Shown piece after piece: positions 10,186-20,342 of a DNA stretch of 64,000 bases. Every line of letters begins with the position of its first letter. Position 1 is the stretch's first letter. The notes under the pieces were generated by a model. It had not been told where the DNA came from and ran no database searches. It saw only the letters and a list, made by a program, of their open reading frames with translations. The stretch is from an uncultured bacterium (GTDB lineage: Bacteria; Auribacterota; Erginobacteria; Erginobacterales; Erginobacteraceae). The stretch covers positions 416,001 to 480,000 of the forward strand of contig CAWGIE010000019.1 of assembly GCA_963822585.1 (NCBI GenBank), given 5' to 3'. The position numbers and the translations under genes are program-made.

Positions 10186-11874
10186 TTATCGTTTTCCACC
10201 GGCGCTTAACTTTGCCAGGTTTTTCGCGGCTCTTTCCGATCCGGGCACCAGCTGGAAGAGAAAAAAATTGTGGGGGCCGACAGTGATAAAATAGGGAAGC
10301 TGCCCGATCGGAGGAAATTCAGTCCGACCGAGAAGTTCTACCGGGATAAAGCCATCAAACTCCTTCAGTTCGAGCTCCACGGGCTGGGTAAATCGCGAAA
10401 GATTGTTGACGACCAGGATGATACGGTCCCGATAGCGCCGCACATAGGAGAGCGTTTTCATATTCTTGGAGGGGATGAAGCGGAGATGGCCCCGGCCGAA
10501 AACAGAGGCGTATTTCTTTCGGGTCCGGATCATCTTCTTCATCCAGCTCAGCAGGGAGGTCGAAGTCCGGCTTTGAGCTTCGACGTTGATGCTCTGGTAG
10601 CCGTAGACCGGATCCATATTGACCGGACTGTAGAGCATCGCCGGGTCCGCCCGGGAAAAGCCCGCGTTCCGGTATCCTGTCCACTGCATCGGGGTACGAA
10701 CTCCATTCCTGTCACCGAGGTAAATATTGTCCCCCATCCCGATCTCGTCCCCGTAATAAATAATCGGGCTGCCCGGGAGAGTGAAAAGAAGGTTGTTGAG
10801 CAATTCGATCTGTCTCCGGCCATTATCGAGAAGCGGCGCCAGTCGCCGGCGGATGCCGAGGTTGCATCTCATTTTCAGATCCCGGGCATATTCCCGGTAC
10901 ATGTAATCGCGCTCCTCGTGGGTGACCATTTCCAGGGTAAGCTCGTCATGGTTTCGGAGAAAAAGGCCCCACTGACAGGAAGCGGGGATAGCCGGCATCT
11001 CGTTCATGATGTTCTCGATGGGGGCGCGGTTCTCTTCCCTGAGGGCCATGAAAATACGAGGCATCAGGGGAAAATTAAAAGCCATGTGGAACTCGTCGCC
11101 TTTTCCGAAATAGGGACGCACATCGAGCGGCCACTGGTTTGCCTCGGCGATCAGTATTTTATCTCCGAACTCCGAATCTATTTTGCTCCGCAACTCCTTG
11201 AAAAATTCATGAGTCTCCGGCAGGTTTTCGCAGTTCGTCCCCTCTCTCTCGAAAAGATAGGGCACGGCATCGCACCGGAATCCGTCAAGTCCCGTTCTCA
11301 GCCAGTGATTGATGACTCTGAGCATGGCGGTTCTGACCCGGGGATTGTCATAGTTCAGATCGGGCTGGTGACTGAAAAACCGGTGCCAGTAATACTGTTC
11401 CGTGTGTTTATCCCAGGTCCAGTTCGATTCCTCCGTATCTACAAAGATAACCCGGGCATCCTTGTATTTTTGGTCGGTGTTATTCCAGACGTAGTAATCC
11501 CTTTTGGCAGATCGCCGGGAACTTCGGGACGCAAGAAACCAGGGATGCTGATCCGAGGTATGGTTCATTACCAGGTCGGCCAGGATTTTGATATCCCGCT
11601 TGTGGGCGGCGCGAACGAGCGTCTTAAAATCCCGGAACGTCCCGTATTCCGGCTGGATCTTATAGAAATCCTGGATATCGTAGCCGTCGTCCTTCTGCGG
11701 AGATAGATAAAAAGGGAGAAGCCAGATACAGTCGATACCCAGGTCCTGCAGATAATCCAGTTTTTCTTCGATCCCCCGTAGATCGCCGACGCCGTCGGCG
11801 TTACTGTCATAGAACCCTTTTACATGCAGTTCGTAAAATATCGCGTCCTTATACCATAAAGAATTTTTCGTCAT
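10186..11874 (-). CDS. treS: Trehalose synthase (maltose alpha-D-glucosyltransferase), GH13; no fused maltokinase
   Basis: WHRFFSHQPDLN, DAVPYLFEREGTNCENLPETH, FLRNHDELTLEMVT and RNGVRTPMQW. Confidence 0.95.
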   Translation of the reverse strand: MTKNSLWYKDAIFYELHVKGFYDSNADGVGDLRGIEEKLDYLQDLGIDCIWLLPFYLSPQKDDGYDIQDFYKIQPEYGTFRDFKTLVRAAHKRDIKILADLVMNHTSDQHPWFLASRSSRRSAKRDYYVWNNTDQKYKDARVIFVDTEESNWTWDKHTEQYYWHRFFSHQPDLNYDNPRVRTAMLRVINHWLRTGLDGFRCDAVPYLFEREGTNCENLPETHEFFKELRSKIDSEFGDKILIAEANQWPLDVRPYFGKGDEFHMAFNFPLMPRIFMALREENRAPIENIMNEMPAIPASCQWGLFLRNHDELTLEMVTHEERDYMYREYARDLKMRCNLGIRRRLAPLLDNGRRQIELLNNLLFTLPGSPIIYYGDEIGMGDNIYLGDRNGVRTPMQWTGYRNAGFSRADPAMLYSPVNMDPVYGYQSINVEAQSRTSTSLLSWMKKMIRTRKKYASVFGRGHLRFIPSKNMKTLSYVRRYRDRIILVVNNLSRFTQPVELELKEFDGFIPVELLGRTEFPPIGQLPYFITVGPHNFFLFQLVPGSERAAKNLAKLSAGGKR

Positions 11875-11968
11875 GGTTTATCCCCGATTAGATTACGGTA
11901 TCATTCATTACCCACGTATAAGCTTTGCATTAACTTGCCGTCCCCGCTTGCATCAATCACGGGCTAAA

Positions 11969-13261
11969 TTAGCGGCGAAGCCCCTCATTCATTTCGAAGA
12001 AAATCGGCACCCGGCGGCGGACAACGTGATAGGCGTAGATATACATTCCCGCCGACCAGGCCTGAGAAGCCATCCCCATCGGTTGCCCGCTTCGGCCTTC
12101 GAGCCACTCGTTAAACCCCCAGGGTTTTTTGCACCCGGCGTGATTCAAACGGGCGAGGTCTTCCAGGGATTTCTCTGCCTCATCATGCCTCTTCATCGCC
12201 GTCAGTACGGCGACGTAAAAGCCGCCGAGAAACGGCCAGACGCCTCCATTATGATAAGAATAAGGGCGGTTCAGATCTTCGAAAAGATAATAATACCTCC
12301 AATCCGGGTCTCCGGGAAAGACGGGAGGGGTGATGGATTTAAGGGGGCCGGGGCGATCGAGACTGGTGGCCTGTATCAGGTCGAGAATGGCGACCGCTCT
12401 TTCCTCCCCCGCGACCCCGGAGAGCACGGCCAGAAGGTTTCCCAGGGAATCAAACCACTCCCCGAAGTTCCGGAATGTGAGATAGGGGAGATAATAGGAT
12501 TTTTCCGTCAATATCATCTTTTCCGGGATCGCGTGTTGCCTTCCGAGTCTGTCTCGGCCTTCGGGGGTGAAAACGTCGTTTCCCAAACTGGGCTCGAGAT
12601 GAGGCAGGAGGACAGCCGGATCGCCCCCATACCAGAAATGCCGATTGATCCGCTTCTTCAGCGCTTCCGCCTGACCGGCGTACTTCTTCTGCCCGGCTAT
12701 ATCTGACAGTTCCTGGGCCAGGCCGGCCGTTTTACTCAGCGCGATATAATGCAGGATATTGACAGAGAGCCCCTTTCCCCGGATGGCGAAAAGATCCTCC
12801 CAATCGGAACCTTCGGCCATGGTAATGAGTCCGGTCTGATCGACATCCTGGTATTCATACCAGCTCAGGGTCTTAAGGACCACGGGATAGTATCGTTCTA
12901 GAAATCCGGCGGCGGCGGTCGCACGAAAATAATTCGCTACACCGATCACGAACCACAGACCGCTATCGGCATATGCCTGAAAATTCGGACGCGAAGTGGT
13001 GAACCGGACGTTGTTCGGTATCTGACCCAACGGAGTCTGATAAGAAGCCAAAAGCTGAAAGCTCTCTTCCAGGGATCGACTGATAACCAGATCCCCGGCC
13101 AAGACCGCCCCCAAGAGGGTGATCATACAGTCCCGGCTCCAGACCTCCTGATAGCCGGGTTCACCCGCGGACGCTTTCATTCCCTGGGGGAGGCAGCAAG
13201 CGCGTACCACTCGGAGAGCTTCCCGGTAGGCCTCCTCGATGATGGTATTTTTTTCATTCAT
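11969..13261 (-). CDS. (alpha/alpha)6 glycoside hydrolase (GH100 invertase-like / amylo-alpha-1,6-glucosidase-like)
   Basis: YQEVWSRD, GQIPNNV, DSLGNLLA, YSYHNGGVWPF, FNEW and QAWSAG. Confidence 0.8.
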   Translation of the reverse strand: MNEKNTIIEEAYREALRVVRACCLPQGMKASAGEPGYQEVWSRDCMITLLGAVLAGDLVISRSLEESFQLLASYQTPLGQIPNNVRFTTSRPNFQAYADSGLWFVIGVANYFRATAAAGFLERYYPVVLKTLSWYEYQDVDQTGLITMAEGSDWEDLFAIRGKGLSVNILHYIALSKTAGLAQELSDIAGQKKYAGQAEALKKRINRHFWYGGDPAVLLPHLEPSLGNDVFTPEGRDRLGRQHAIPEKMILTEKSYYLPYLTFRNFGEWFDSLGNLLAVLSGVAGEERAVAILDLIQATSLDRPGPLKSITPPVFPGDPDWRYYYLFEDLNRPYSYHNGGVWPFLGGFYVAVLTAMKRHDEAEKSLEDLARLNHAGCKKPWGFNEWLEGRSGQPMGMASQAWSAGMYIYAYHVVRRRVPIFFEMNEGLRR

Positions 13262-13266
13262 GTTTA

Positions 13267-14064
13267 TCAGGGCAGTTCCAGCAACCTGTTCATAAAAAGC
13301 ATCACTCCGGAGACATCTTCAAGATAATAGCGGGCATCGGAACGGCGGACCGCCCCGCCGACCCGGATCGTGATTCCCGCCCTGCCGACTGCTCGAAAAG
13401 CGTCTTCATCGGTACGATCGTCGCCGGTATACACCGTCAAGACCGTCTCCCCGGGATGGCGCCGGCCGATCACACGGGTGAGCCAGTTGACGATGCTGCC
13501 CTTATTCCAGTCGACCGGGGGCCTGATTTCGATAACTTTTTTCCCCGAAGAAATCTTTATCTCTCCTCTGCCGACCGATCCGCGGGTGATTTTCCTGATA
13601 ATCCGCACGGTTCGGCCAAGCTCCTTCCGGGCCACCTGTCGGAAATGAACACTCAAGGAAAGACCCTTGTCCTCCACCCGGGCGCCGGCGATCTCCGCCA
13701 GTTCCCGGCTAAGGGATTCCGCCGTCATCCTGATAACGGGGCGGGCGGTTCGGGCAGCAGGATGCAGAAACCGGAGAGAATTCCCCTCCAGTTCCAGCCC
13801 GTGATTACCCGCGTAGATCAGTTCATCCAGGCCGACCAGGTCCCTGACCTCGCCCAGGGAACGGCCGCTGATGACAGCCGGGTAATAGCGCGGGTGCCGG
13901 GAGAGTGATCGCAGAAGATCCCTGACCTCATCCGGCAGCACTGCCAGCTCCGGACTCTCGACTATCGGGGTCAAGGTGCCGTCGTAATCGAAGCAGAGCA
14001 GAACCACCCTGCTCAGAGTGAGACGGTTGGACACCGCTCCCCAGCTCCTCAAAAGAGATCTCAC
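13267..14064 (-). CDS. otsB: Trehalose-6-phosphate phosphatase
   Basis: HAD motifs DYDGTLTPI, ISGR, AGNHGLE, EIRP, NKG and GDDRTDEDAF. Confidence 0.95.
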   Translation of the reverse strand: MRSLLRSWGAVSNRLTLSRVVLLCFDYDGTLTPIVESPELAVLPDEVRDLLRSLSRHPRYYPAVISGRSLGEVRDLVGLDELIYAGNHGLELEGNSLRFLHPAARTARPVIRMTAESLSRELAEIAGARVEDKGLSLSVHFRQVARKELGRTVRIIRKITRGSVGRGEIKISSGKKVIEIRPPVDWNKGSIVNWLTRVIGRRHPGETVLTVYTGDDRTDEDAFRAVGRAGITIRVGGAVRRSDARYYLEDVSGVMLFMNRLLELP

Positions 14065-15488
14065 CCCTCCTCATCCCTCGCGTGCTTGGCCGCTATCAGA
14101 AATTTCCGGACCCAGCGATGTACATCCCTCCGCCTCACCTGATAGCGGAGCTTTCTCATCCGGGATTCCTTCTCTTCGTCGCTCATGGTGTACGCCTGCC
14201 GGATCGCGGCGGCCGTCTGTTCGGTATCATAGGGATTGACCAGGAGGGCGCCTTTCTTGAGTTGAACGGCGGCACCGGCGAACTCGCTCAGTATCAGGAT
14301 ACCGCGGTTGTCAATGCAGGACGCACAGTATTCCTTGGCCACCAGGTTCATGCCGTCGTTCAGGGGTGTGATCAGGGCGATCTCACAAGAACGGTAATAT
14401 GCCACCAGTTCCACCGGGGTCAATGTGCCGAAGACATAATGAATGGGGATCCAGCCCAGGGTAGTGAACCGGCCGTTGATCCGGCCCACCATCTCGTCAA
14501 GTTCCCTCTTCATCGCCTGGTATTCAGGCACCTCTGTCCGACTGGGAACCACCACCTGGAGAAGGGAAACGTTCTCATGCAGGTCAGGATAATTCTCCAG
14601 TGCCAGCTCGAAGGCTTCAAAACGGTTGGGGATGCCCTTGGTATAATCGAGACGATCCACCCCGATCAGGAGTTTATGCTCGGGGAATTTCTCGTGGAGA
14701 AACCAAGCCGCCTGCTCCACCTCCTGTGTTTTCGCCAATTCGTTATAGCGGTTGAAATCGATCCCGATCGGAAACGCTCCTGCCAGGACGCTCTCTGCTT
14801 CATAGCTGATCTCCGAATACGGCGCCCGATAGCTCACCCGAATGCCGGGGAGGAGGCTTTTCACGCACTGGATGAAGTTCCGCAGGTCCTTCCTGGTCTG
14901 GAAACCGATCAGGTCATACGAGAGAAGCGCCCGGATGATGGGCAGACGCCAGGGCAGACGATAAAATATGTCCGGGGAAGGAAAAGGGATATGCAGGAAG
15001 AACCCGACCGGCGTCTTCGGCCGATGTTTTTTCAAATACTCACCGGTCATGATGAGCTGGTAATCCTGCACCCAGATAAAATCCTCCTCTCCGGCAGTCG
15101 CGGCGGCGAGAACGGCGAATTTTTCGTTGACCCGGCAATAGGTCTGCCAGTGTTCCCGATTGAATACGGCCCGGCCCAGCATACTATGAAAAAGAGGCCA
15201 GAGAGTTTCATTGGAAAAACCATAGTAATAATCATCAACCTCATTGGCATCCAGGGGGACCGGGACAATGTCATAGCCGACTTTTTCCCTGGCTTCTTTA
15301 AAGATCTCCCGCAAAGGAGCATCTTCCGAAGTCCCCGGCCAGCCGATCCAGGTACCCCCTCTTTCTTTGAGCACGGGTCCCAGAGCGGCGACCAGCCCGC
15401 CGCTCCCCGGTTCCATCTTCCAGTCGCCGTTCTTCTTCTGCAGCACTACCGGCAACCGATTCGATACGATGCATAATTTACCACTGAT
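14061..15488 (-). CDS. otsA: Trehalose-6-phosphate synthase (GT20); apparent non-canonical ATC start
   Basis: [45 protein letters not shown] and [16 protein letters not shown] 6 nt before ATC at 15488. Confidence 0.93.
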   Translation of the reverse strand: MSGKLCIVSNRLPVVLQKKNGDWKMEPGSGGLVAALGPVLKERGGTWIGWPGTSEDAPLREIFKEAREKVGYDIVPVPLDANEVDDYYYGFSNETLWPLFHSMLGRAVFNREHWQTYCRVNEKFAVLAAATAGEEDFIWVQDYQLIMTGEYLKKHRPKTPVGFFLHIPFPSPDIFYRLPWRLPIIRALLSYDLIGFQTRKDLRNFIQCVKSLLPGIRVSYRAPYSEISYEAESVLAGAFPIGIDFNRYNELAKTQEVEQAAWFLHEKFPEHKLLIGVDRLDYTKGIPNRFEAFELALENYPDLHENVSLLQVVVPSRTEVPEYQAMKRELDEMVGRINGRFTTLGWIPIHYVFGTLTPVELVAYYRSCEIALITPLNDGMNLVAKEYCASCIDNRGILILSEFAGAAVQLKKGALLVNPYDTEQTAAAIRQAYTMSDEEKESRMRKLRYQVRRRDVHRWVRKFLIAAKHARDEEG

Positions 15489-15629
15489 AATTCACCTCCT
15501 CCATTCGATAGTATTTTCCGTATGCCTGATTTTGGCACGGGCCGGTGCTTGTTTCAAGGAAAATACTGATGGAGTTTCGCCGGATGATCCAGCCGACTGA
15601 CACGTTATCGAGGATATTTCTGCGACAGA

Positions 15630-15661
15630 AAGGGCGGCTTCCCTTCAGGGAAGCCGCCCTT
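15630..15661. terminator. Intrinsic terminator hairpin after the 852-aa surface protein gene
   Basis: AAGGGCGGCTTCCC-TTCA-GGGAAGCCGCCCTT. Confidence 0.75.
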
Positions 15662-15685
15662 CCTTTGTCATCCGGAACCGGTATA

Positions 15686-16408
15686 TTACCGCGTCACCGG
15701 GGTGTCGGCGCTGGAACCGAAGTACACCCGGGTCACTCCCCGGACTGCCCAGAGGCCGGATGAGTTCCGGAATATCCCGATGTCGTCTATAGAGTCTCCG
15801 TTATAGTCGGCGGGAACTGAAAAATCGCTACTCCCCCCGAAGTAGCTCCTGGTTATTCCCCGGACCGCCCAAAGACCGGAGGAAGTACGGAATATCCCCG
15901 CTTCCCAGGTTTGGTCCCCGTTATAATCCCCGGGGACCGTCGTATCCGCCGAAGAACCGAAATAGAACCGGGTCAGAGCCCGGATCGCCCAGAGGCCGGA
16001 GGATCCCCGGAAGATGCCGATGTCCTTGCGTCCGCTCCCTTCATAGTAGCCGGGGGCGGGTGAATCGGCCGCGCCTCCGAAATAGGCCCGGGTTACTCCC
16101 CGGATCGCCCAGAGTCCGGATGTCTGACGGAAGATGCCCGCGGCCACGGTACCGTCCCCGTCATAATCCCCCGGTTCCGGGAAGTCGGCGGACCCTCCAA
16201 AATAGGTTCTGGTCACACCCCGGATCGCCCAGAGGCCGGATGTCTGACGGAAAATCCCGATATCGGTGGTTCCATTGCCGTCGTAATCCCCGGGGACGGC
16301 CTCGTCGGCTGCTCCCCCGAAGTAAACCCTGGTTACTCCCCGGACGGCCCAGAGCCCGGAACCCGATCTGAAGATGGCGATATCGGAGGTGCCGTCGCCG
16401 TTATAATC
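15686..16408 (-). repeat. Shared C-terminal domain, copy 1 (six 120-bp coding repeats)
   Basis: DYNGDGTSDIAIFRSGSGLWAVRGVTRVYFG... x6. Confidence 0.92.
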
Positions 16409-18244
16409 ATGGATCCAGGGCGGAGAGGCGGAACGGAATCCGCCGCCGCCGTAGTGGAGGATCGCGCCGTCTTCCCCGACCGCGAAGACATCGGTCCCGA
16501 AAGCGCCCCAGACGCCCCGGAGTCCGCTTTCACAGGGGATTCCGGTATCGGTCCAGGAGTTCCCGTTGAAGTGATGAACGCGTCCCCAGACCTTGTCGCC
16601 GGGCCCGACGGCGCCGCTGACCACGAATATATCGTTGGCGGCTGTTCCCCAGATGCCGCGGTAGTTATCGTACTGAATTCCGGGGTTGAGTTCCGACCAA
16701 AAATTCCCGTCATAGTGAAGCATCCGGTCGCCCCCCACGGCGTAGACGTTGCTTCCCGAGCTGCCCCAGATACCGGAAAAACCGCCCAAGGCTGCCGACG
16801 TCATAATGGTCCAGTCCGACCCGTCATAGTGAGCGATTGTCCCGCTGCCGCCGCCGGCGAAGATATCGCTTCCCGATGTTCCCCAGATACTTCGAAATGT
16901 TGATACCCCCGCGATCGCCGTCATTACCGACCAGTTAGATCCGTCGCACTCGAGAATCTGTCCATCGGAAAATCCCCCGCCGACCGCGTAGACGTTGCTT
17001 GGCGAACTTCCCCAGATCCCATAAATTCCGCCGTAGATGTGGGTCATTTGAGACCAGGCGGAACCGTTATATCTGATGATATCTCCGTCATCCCCTCCGG
17101 CAAAAACATTATTCCCGTCGCTTCCCCAGACCGCGGCAAAACTTCCCCAGGGTTCAGGGGTAGTCATCAGGGACCAGGCATTGCCGTTATAATGGAGTAT
17201 CCGGTTGCCTTCCTCCCAGGAATTATTGTAGCTCCCCACGGCAAAGACATCGTTGCCGCTGCTGCCCCAGATCCCGGCCAATCCATCATCGTTCCAGTTG
17301 GTGATCCGGTCCCAGTCCGATCCGTTATAGTTAAGAATGATCCCGGTAGAGCCGACCGTATAGACATCGTTTCCGGCGCTTCCGGAGATCCCGTAGAGAT
17401 ACTGCTGGGTCGGCACGGTCAGGTCGTTCCAGGAGCTTCCGTTATAGTGAAAAACCAGACCCGGATAATCTCCTCCCGAGGCGTAGACATCATTGTTAGC
17501 GGTTCCCCAGACGCTGTAGAGGTTATATTGAGAACCGCTGCCGACCGTGGTTTCGGTCCAGGATCCGCCGTTATAGTGAAGGATCACGCCGCTGTCGCCG
17601 ACCGCGAAGATATCGCTCGCGTCTGACCCCCAGATGGAGTTGAGAGATCCGGAGGCTGTGGCCGCGTCCGACCAGGTGCTCCCGTTGTAATAGCGCACCC
17701 TGGTTCCGCCTACAGCATAAAGATTGCTGGCCGATGTTCCCCAGAACCCATCGAGAGCATAGTAAAATCCTGTTCCGGAGATATCGGCCCAGGAATTGCC
17801 GTCATAGTAGAGCACCTTTCCTCCCTCACCTCCGGCAAAGATACTGGAGGAGGAAAGTCCCCAGATGGAAGAGAGTTCGGAACTGTCAACAGTCTCGATT
17901 TGAGACCAGGAACTCCCGTTATAATGATAGATCGCCCCGTCGCTGTACTGCCCGGAATCGTTGCCGACCGCGTAGATATTATTGGCCGCGGTTCCCCAGA
18001 CACCGCGCAGTATCTCCTGATTCGGGAAGGTCATATTAGACCAGGTGCTGCCATTGTAGCGGACGACCGCGCCGACATTTCCCACGGCGATGATCTCCGA
18101 GGCGTTCAGCGCCCAGATAGCGTTGAGATTATTTCCCTGCGGCAGAGGATTCTGCCACTCCCATCCGCTTCCGAACGCGCCGGAAAAGATGGTGAGACTT
18201 AATACTACAACCGCGATTGCCGAAAAACTTCGGATTCTATACAT
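15686..18244 (-). CDS. Secreted beta-propeller repeat protein with the shared C-terminal 6x40-aa FG-GAP-like domain
   Basis: Signal peptide; WEWQNPLPQGN start; many ~42-aa WG-S-x-x-D-(I/V)-(F/Y)-AVG...ILHYNGSSW repeats; tail ends PVTR. Confidence 0.88.
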   Translation of the reverse strand: MYRIRSFSAIAVVVLSLTIFSGAFGSGWEWQNPLPQGNNLNAIWALNASEIIAVGNVGAVVRYNGSTWSNMTFPNQEILRGVWGTAANNIYAVGNDSGQYSDGAIYHYNGSSWSQIETVDSSELSSIWGLSSSSIFAGGEGGKVLYYDGNSWADISGTGFYYALDGFWGTSASNLYAVGGTRVRYYNGSTWSDAATASGSLNSIWGSDASDIFAVGDSGVILHYNGGSWTETTVGSGSQYNLYSVWGTANNDVYASGGDYPGLVFHYNGSSWNDLTVPTQQYLYGISGSAGNDVYTVGSTGIILNYNGSDWDRITNWNDDGLAGIWGSSGNDVFAVGSYNNSWEEGNRILHYNGNAWSLMTTPEPWGSFAAVWGSDGNNVFAGGDDGDIIRYNGSAWSQMTHIYGGIYGIWGSSPSNVYAVGGGFSDGQILECDGSNWSVMTAIAGVSTFRSIWGTSGSDIFAGGGSGTIAHYDGSDWTIMTSAALGGFSGIWGSSGSNVYAVGGDRMLHYDGNFWSELNPGIQYDNYRGIWGTAANDIFVVSGAVGPGDKVWGRVHHFNGNSWTDTGIPCESGLRGVWGAFGTDVFAVGEDGAILHYGGGGFRSASPPWIHDYNGDGTSDIAIFRSGSGLWAVRGVTRVYFGGAADEAVPGDYDGNGTTDIGIFRQTSGLWAIRGVTRTYFGGSADFPEPGDYDGDGTVAAGIFRQTSGLWAIRGVTRAYFGGAADSPAPGYYEGSGRKDIGIFRGSSGLWAIRALTRFYFGSSADTTVPGDYNGDQTWEAGIFRTSSGLWAVRGITRSYFGGSSDFSVPADYNGDSIDDIGIFRNSSGLWAVRGVTRVYFGSSADTPVTR

Positions 18245-18485
18245 ACTACCTCCTCCCTAAGCTAGGCTTCGCGCTAATTTAGTGTAAGTACACTGGAATT
18301 AACGCGGTATGCTGATTTTTAAGCTATAATACCATTTTTGTGAACATGCCATAACCATAATAAAGGGGAAGGGGGATAATTTATCAATTTAAAGGGATCA
18401 CCCCTCATGGCACGGCGCTGGTGCAGAGCGTAACAACCGCGGGCCGGCAAAAGAGCTCGAGCAGGCGCTTCGGGCGGAGATTCGA

Positions 18486-18514
18486 TTGACGCCATCCGGG
18501 GCGGATAGTATCCT
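18486..18514 (+). promoter_or_regulatory. Probable sigma70 promoter of ribF
   Basis: TTGACG-17 nt-TATCCT, ~27 nt upstream of the ATG. Confidence 0.5.
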
Positions 18515-18541
18515 CTCATCGCTGAAAGGGCGAAACAAAGT

Positions 18542-19495
18542 ATGATTACCATCTACGAGTTCACCGAAGGGGCCGTCACCCAAGGTTTTCCCCTGGTCAT
18601 GGCCTGCGGCTTTTTTGACGGCGTTCACCGGGGCCACCAGGCTCTTCTGCGGGCGGCCGCTGAGGAGGCGCGAAATCGGAGCGGGAAAGCGGTGGCGCTC
18701 AGCTTCTCTCCCCATCCCCAATCGATAATCCAACCCGGAAAAAAGGTGCGTCTCCTGACTTCCCGGGAGCAGAAAATCCGCCTCTTCGAAGAGTATGGTC
18801 TGGACGGGTGCATCCTGCTGGATTTTTCCGAGAGCATCCGGGGTATGAAACCGGATGACTTTATCCGCTTTTTACGGGGGGAGTTCCCCAACCTGGCCCA
18901 TCTCGTCGTCGGCCGGAACTGGAGATTCGGCGCCGGAAACCGCGGAGACGCGGAGCTGCTGGGCCGGATAGCGAAGTCAAACGGCCTGGGGATAACAGCG
19001 GCCGACGCGGTGACCTGGGAAGGCGAGCCGATCTCCAGTTCGCGCATTCGACAGGCGGTGGAGAAGGGGGATCTTGACTCCGTCCAGGCCATGCTCGGAC
19101 GCCCCTTTCAAGTGATCGGCAGGGTCAGGCACGGCCACCAGATCGGACGGCGGCTGGGCTTTCCCACCGCCAATATCCAGCCGGATGAAGTACTGCTGCT
19201 CCCGGCCGGGATCTATGCCACCCTCACCCTGACCGAGAGCAGGGAATATCCATCCGTGACCTATATCGGCCGCCGGCCGACCTTCCAGAATACCGGGGGC
19301 GACCAGTTCATCGAGATCTTCATCATGGACCAGGAACTCGATCTCTACGGCAGGGAGCTCGAAGTCTCCTTCATAAAGAAAATCCGGGAGGATAAAAAGT
19401 TCGATTCCCCGGAATCTTTGAGCCGGCAGATCGCGAAGGACGTGGAAGAAGCCCGGAGCATCCTTTCCGAACCCGTCTCCGATCGGGAGGCATGA
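18542..19495 (+). CDS. ribF: Bifunctional riboflavin kinase / FAD synthetase
   Basis: GFFDGVHRGHQ, ISSSRIR, GRRLGFPTAN, IGRRPTF and IREDKKF. Confidence 0.96.
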   Translation: MITIYEFTEGAVTQGFPLVMACGFFDGVHRGHQALLRAAAEEARNRSGKAVALSFSPHPQSIIQPGKKVRLLTSREQKIRLFEEYGLDGCILLDFSESIRGMKPDDFIRFLRGEFPNLAHLVVGRNWRFGAGNRGDAELLGRIAKSNGLGITAADAVTWEGEPISSSRIRQAVEKGDLDSVQAMLGRPFQVIGRVRHGHQIGRRLGFPTANIQPDEVLLLPAGIYATLTLTESREYPSVTYIGRRPTFQNTGGDQFIEIFIMDQELDLYGRELEVSFIKKIREDKKFDSPESLSRQIAKDVEEARSILSEPVSDREA

Positions 19496-19587
19496 GAGAC
19501 TGCCCGGGCTTTTACCGTATTACCCGGACGAATTCAGCCCCTCCGCCCTGACAAAACGGACTCAGCCCTTCACCAGACGCCTGCCCG

Positions 19588-20088
19588 TTATACCACCTCA
19601 AAGAACTTCGCCCGGGGGGCGCCGCAGATGGGACAGGTCTCCGGGGGATTGCCCGGCACGGTATTGCCACAGACCGAGCAGACGAAGATTTTCTCTTCCG
19701 GGAGATCTTTCTCATTATTCACGGCATCCGCCGCCAGGCTGTAGAGCCCGTGATGAATCTTTTCCACGGCGAGCGCGTTCTTGATGGCGATGACCGCCGG
19801 GCGGTTCCCCTCCGCTTCGGCCTCCACCAGGAACTTGGGGTACATCTGCTGGAACTCGAACCCTTCGCCGGCGATGGCTTCCTGCAAATTTTCCGCCGTG
19901 CTTTTGATGCCGCCCAGAACCCGGAGATGGGCGTGGGCATGCACGGTCTCGGCCGCGGCCGCCGCCCGGAAGAGCCTCGCGACCTGGGGATATCCGTCTT
20001 TCTCCGCTTTTTGGGCGAATGCCAGATATTTACGGTTCGCTTGGCTCTCGCCGGCAAACGCTTCCTGAAGATTATCTCTGGTTGTCAT
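19588..20088 (-). CDS. rbr: Rubrerythrin
   Basis: AFAGESQANRKY, ETVHA, EKIH, and C-terminal CSVCG...CPICGA rubredoxin-like site. Confidence 0.93.
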   Translation of the reverse strand: MTTRDNLQEAFAGESQANRKYLAFAQKAEKDGYPQVARLFRAAAAAETVHAHAHLRVLGGIKSTAENLQEAIAGEGFEFQQMYPKFLVEAEAEGNRPAVIAIKNALAVEKIHHGLYSLAADAVNNEKDLPEEKIFVCSVCGNTVPGNPPETCPICGAPRAKFFEVV

Positions 20089-20150
20089 AGCCGCTGCCTC
20101 CTTTGTTTTTTTCATCTTATGTCATTAGGACTTAGCGCGTTCGGCGCAAC

Positions 20151-20241
20151 TTCGTAGTGCAGGACTTCAGTCCTGCCCATGTTAAGCAGGGCTTCAGCCT
20201 GAGGCTGATCCGCCTTGGGCGGAAAAGCCCTGCACTACGAA
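20151..20241. repeat. GTAG-type REP doublet (REPIN-like) with a small hairpin element nested in the right copy
   Basis: TTCGTAGTGCAGGACTTCAGTCCTGC ... GCAGGGCT[TCAGCCTGAGGCTGATCCGCCTTGGGCGGA]AAAGCCCTGCACTACGAA. Confidence 0.7.
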
Positions 20242-20342
20242 ATTATTGTGCGCCAGAGGCGCATCAACTATAAAAAAACTTCGTGATCTTCGTGTCCTTC
20301 GTGGTTTTATTTTTTTCAATGTGACATCTGGGCGCGGCGTGA

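Noticed and set aside
15533..15550. Sigma54 promoter TGGCACGGGCCGGTGCT (and a similar TGGCACG at ~18408)
   Set aside because: GG-to-GC spacing is off by one or two bases, and the first points away from otsA.
15686..16408. 120-bp periodic repeats here and at 24128, 32734 and 52278 as CRISPR arrays
   Set aside because: They are in-frame coding repeats with synonymous variation and no unique spacers, and no cas genes are present.
18390..18540. FMN riboswitch upstream of ribF
   Set aside because: The conserved RFN segments were not recognisable, and a plain sigma70-like promoter sits close to the start.
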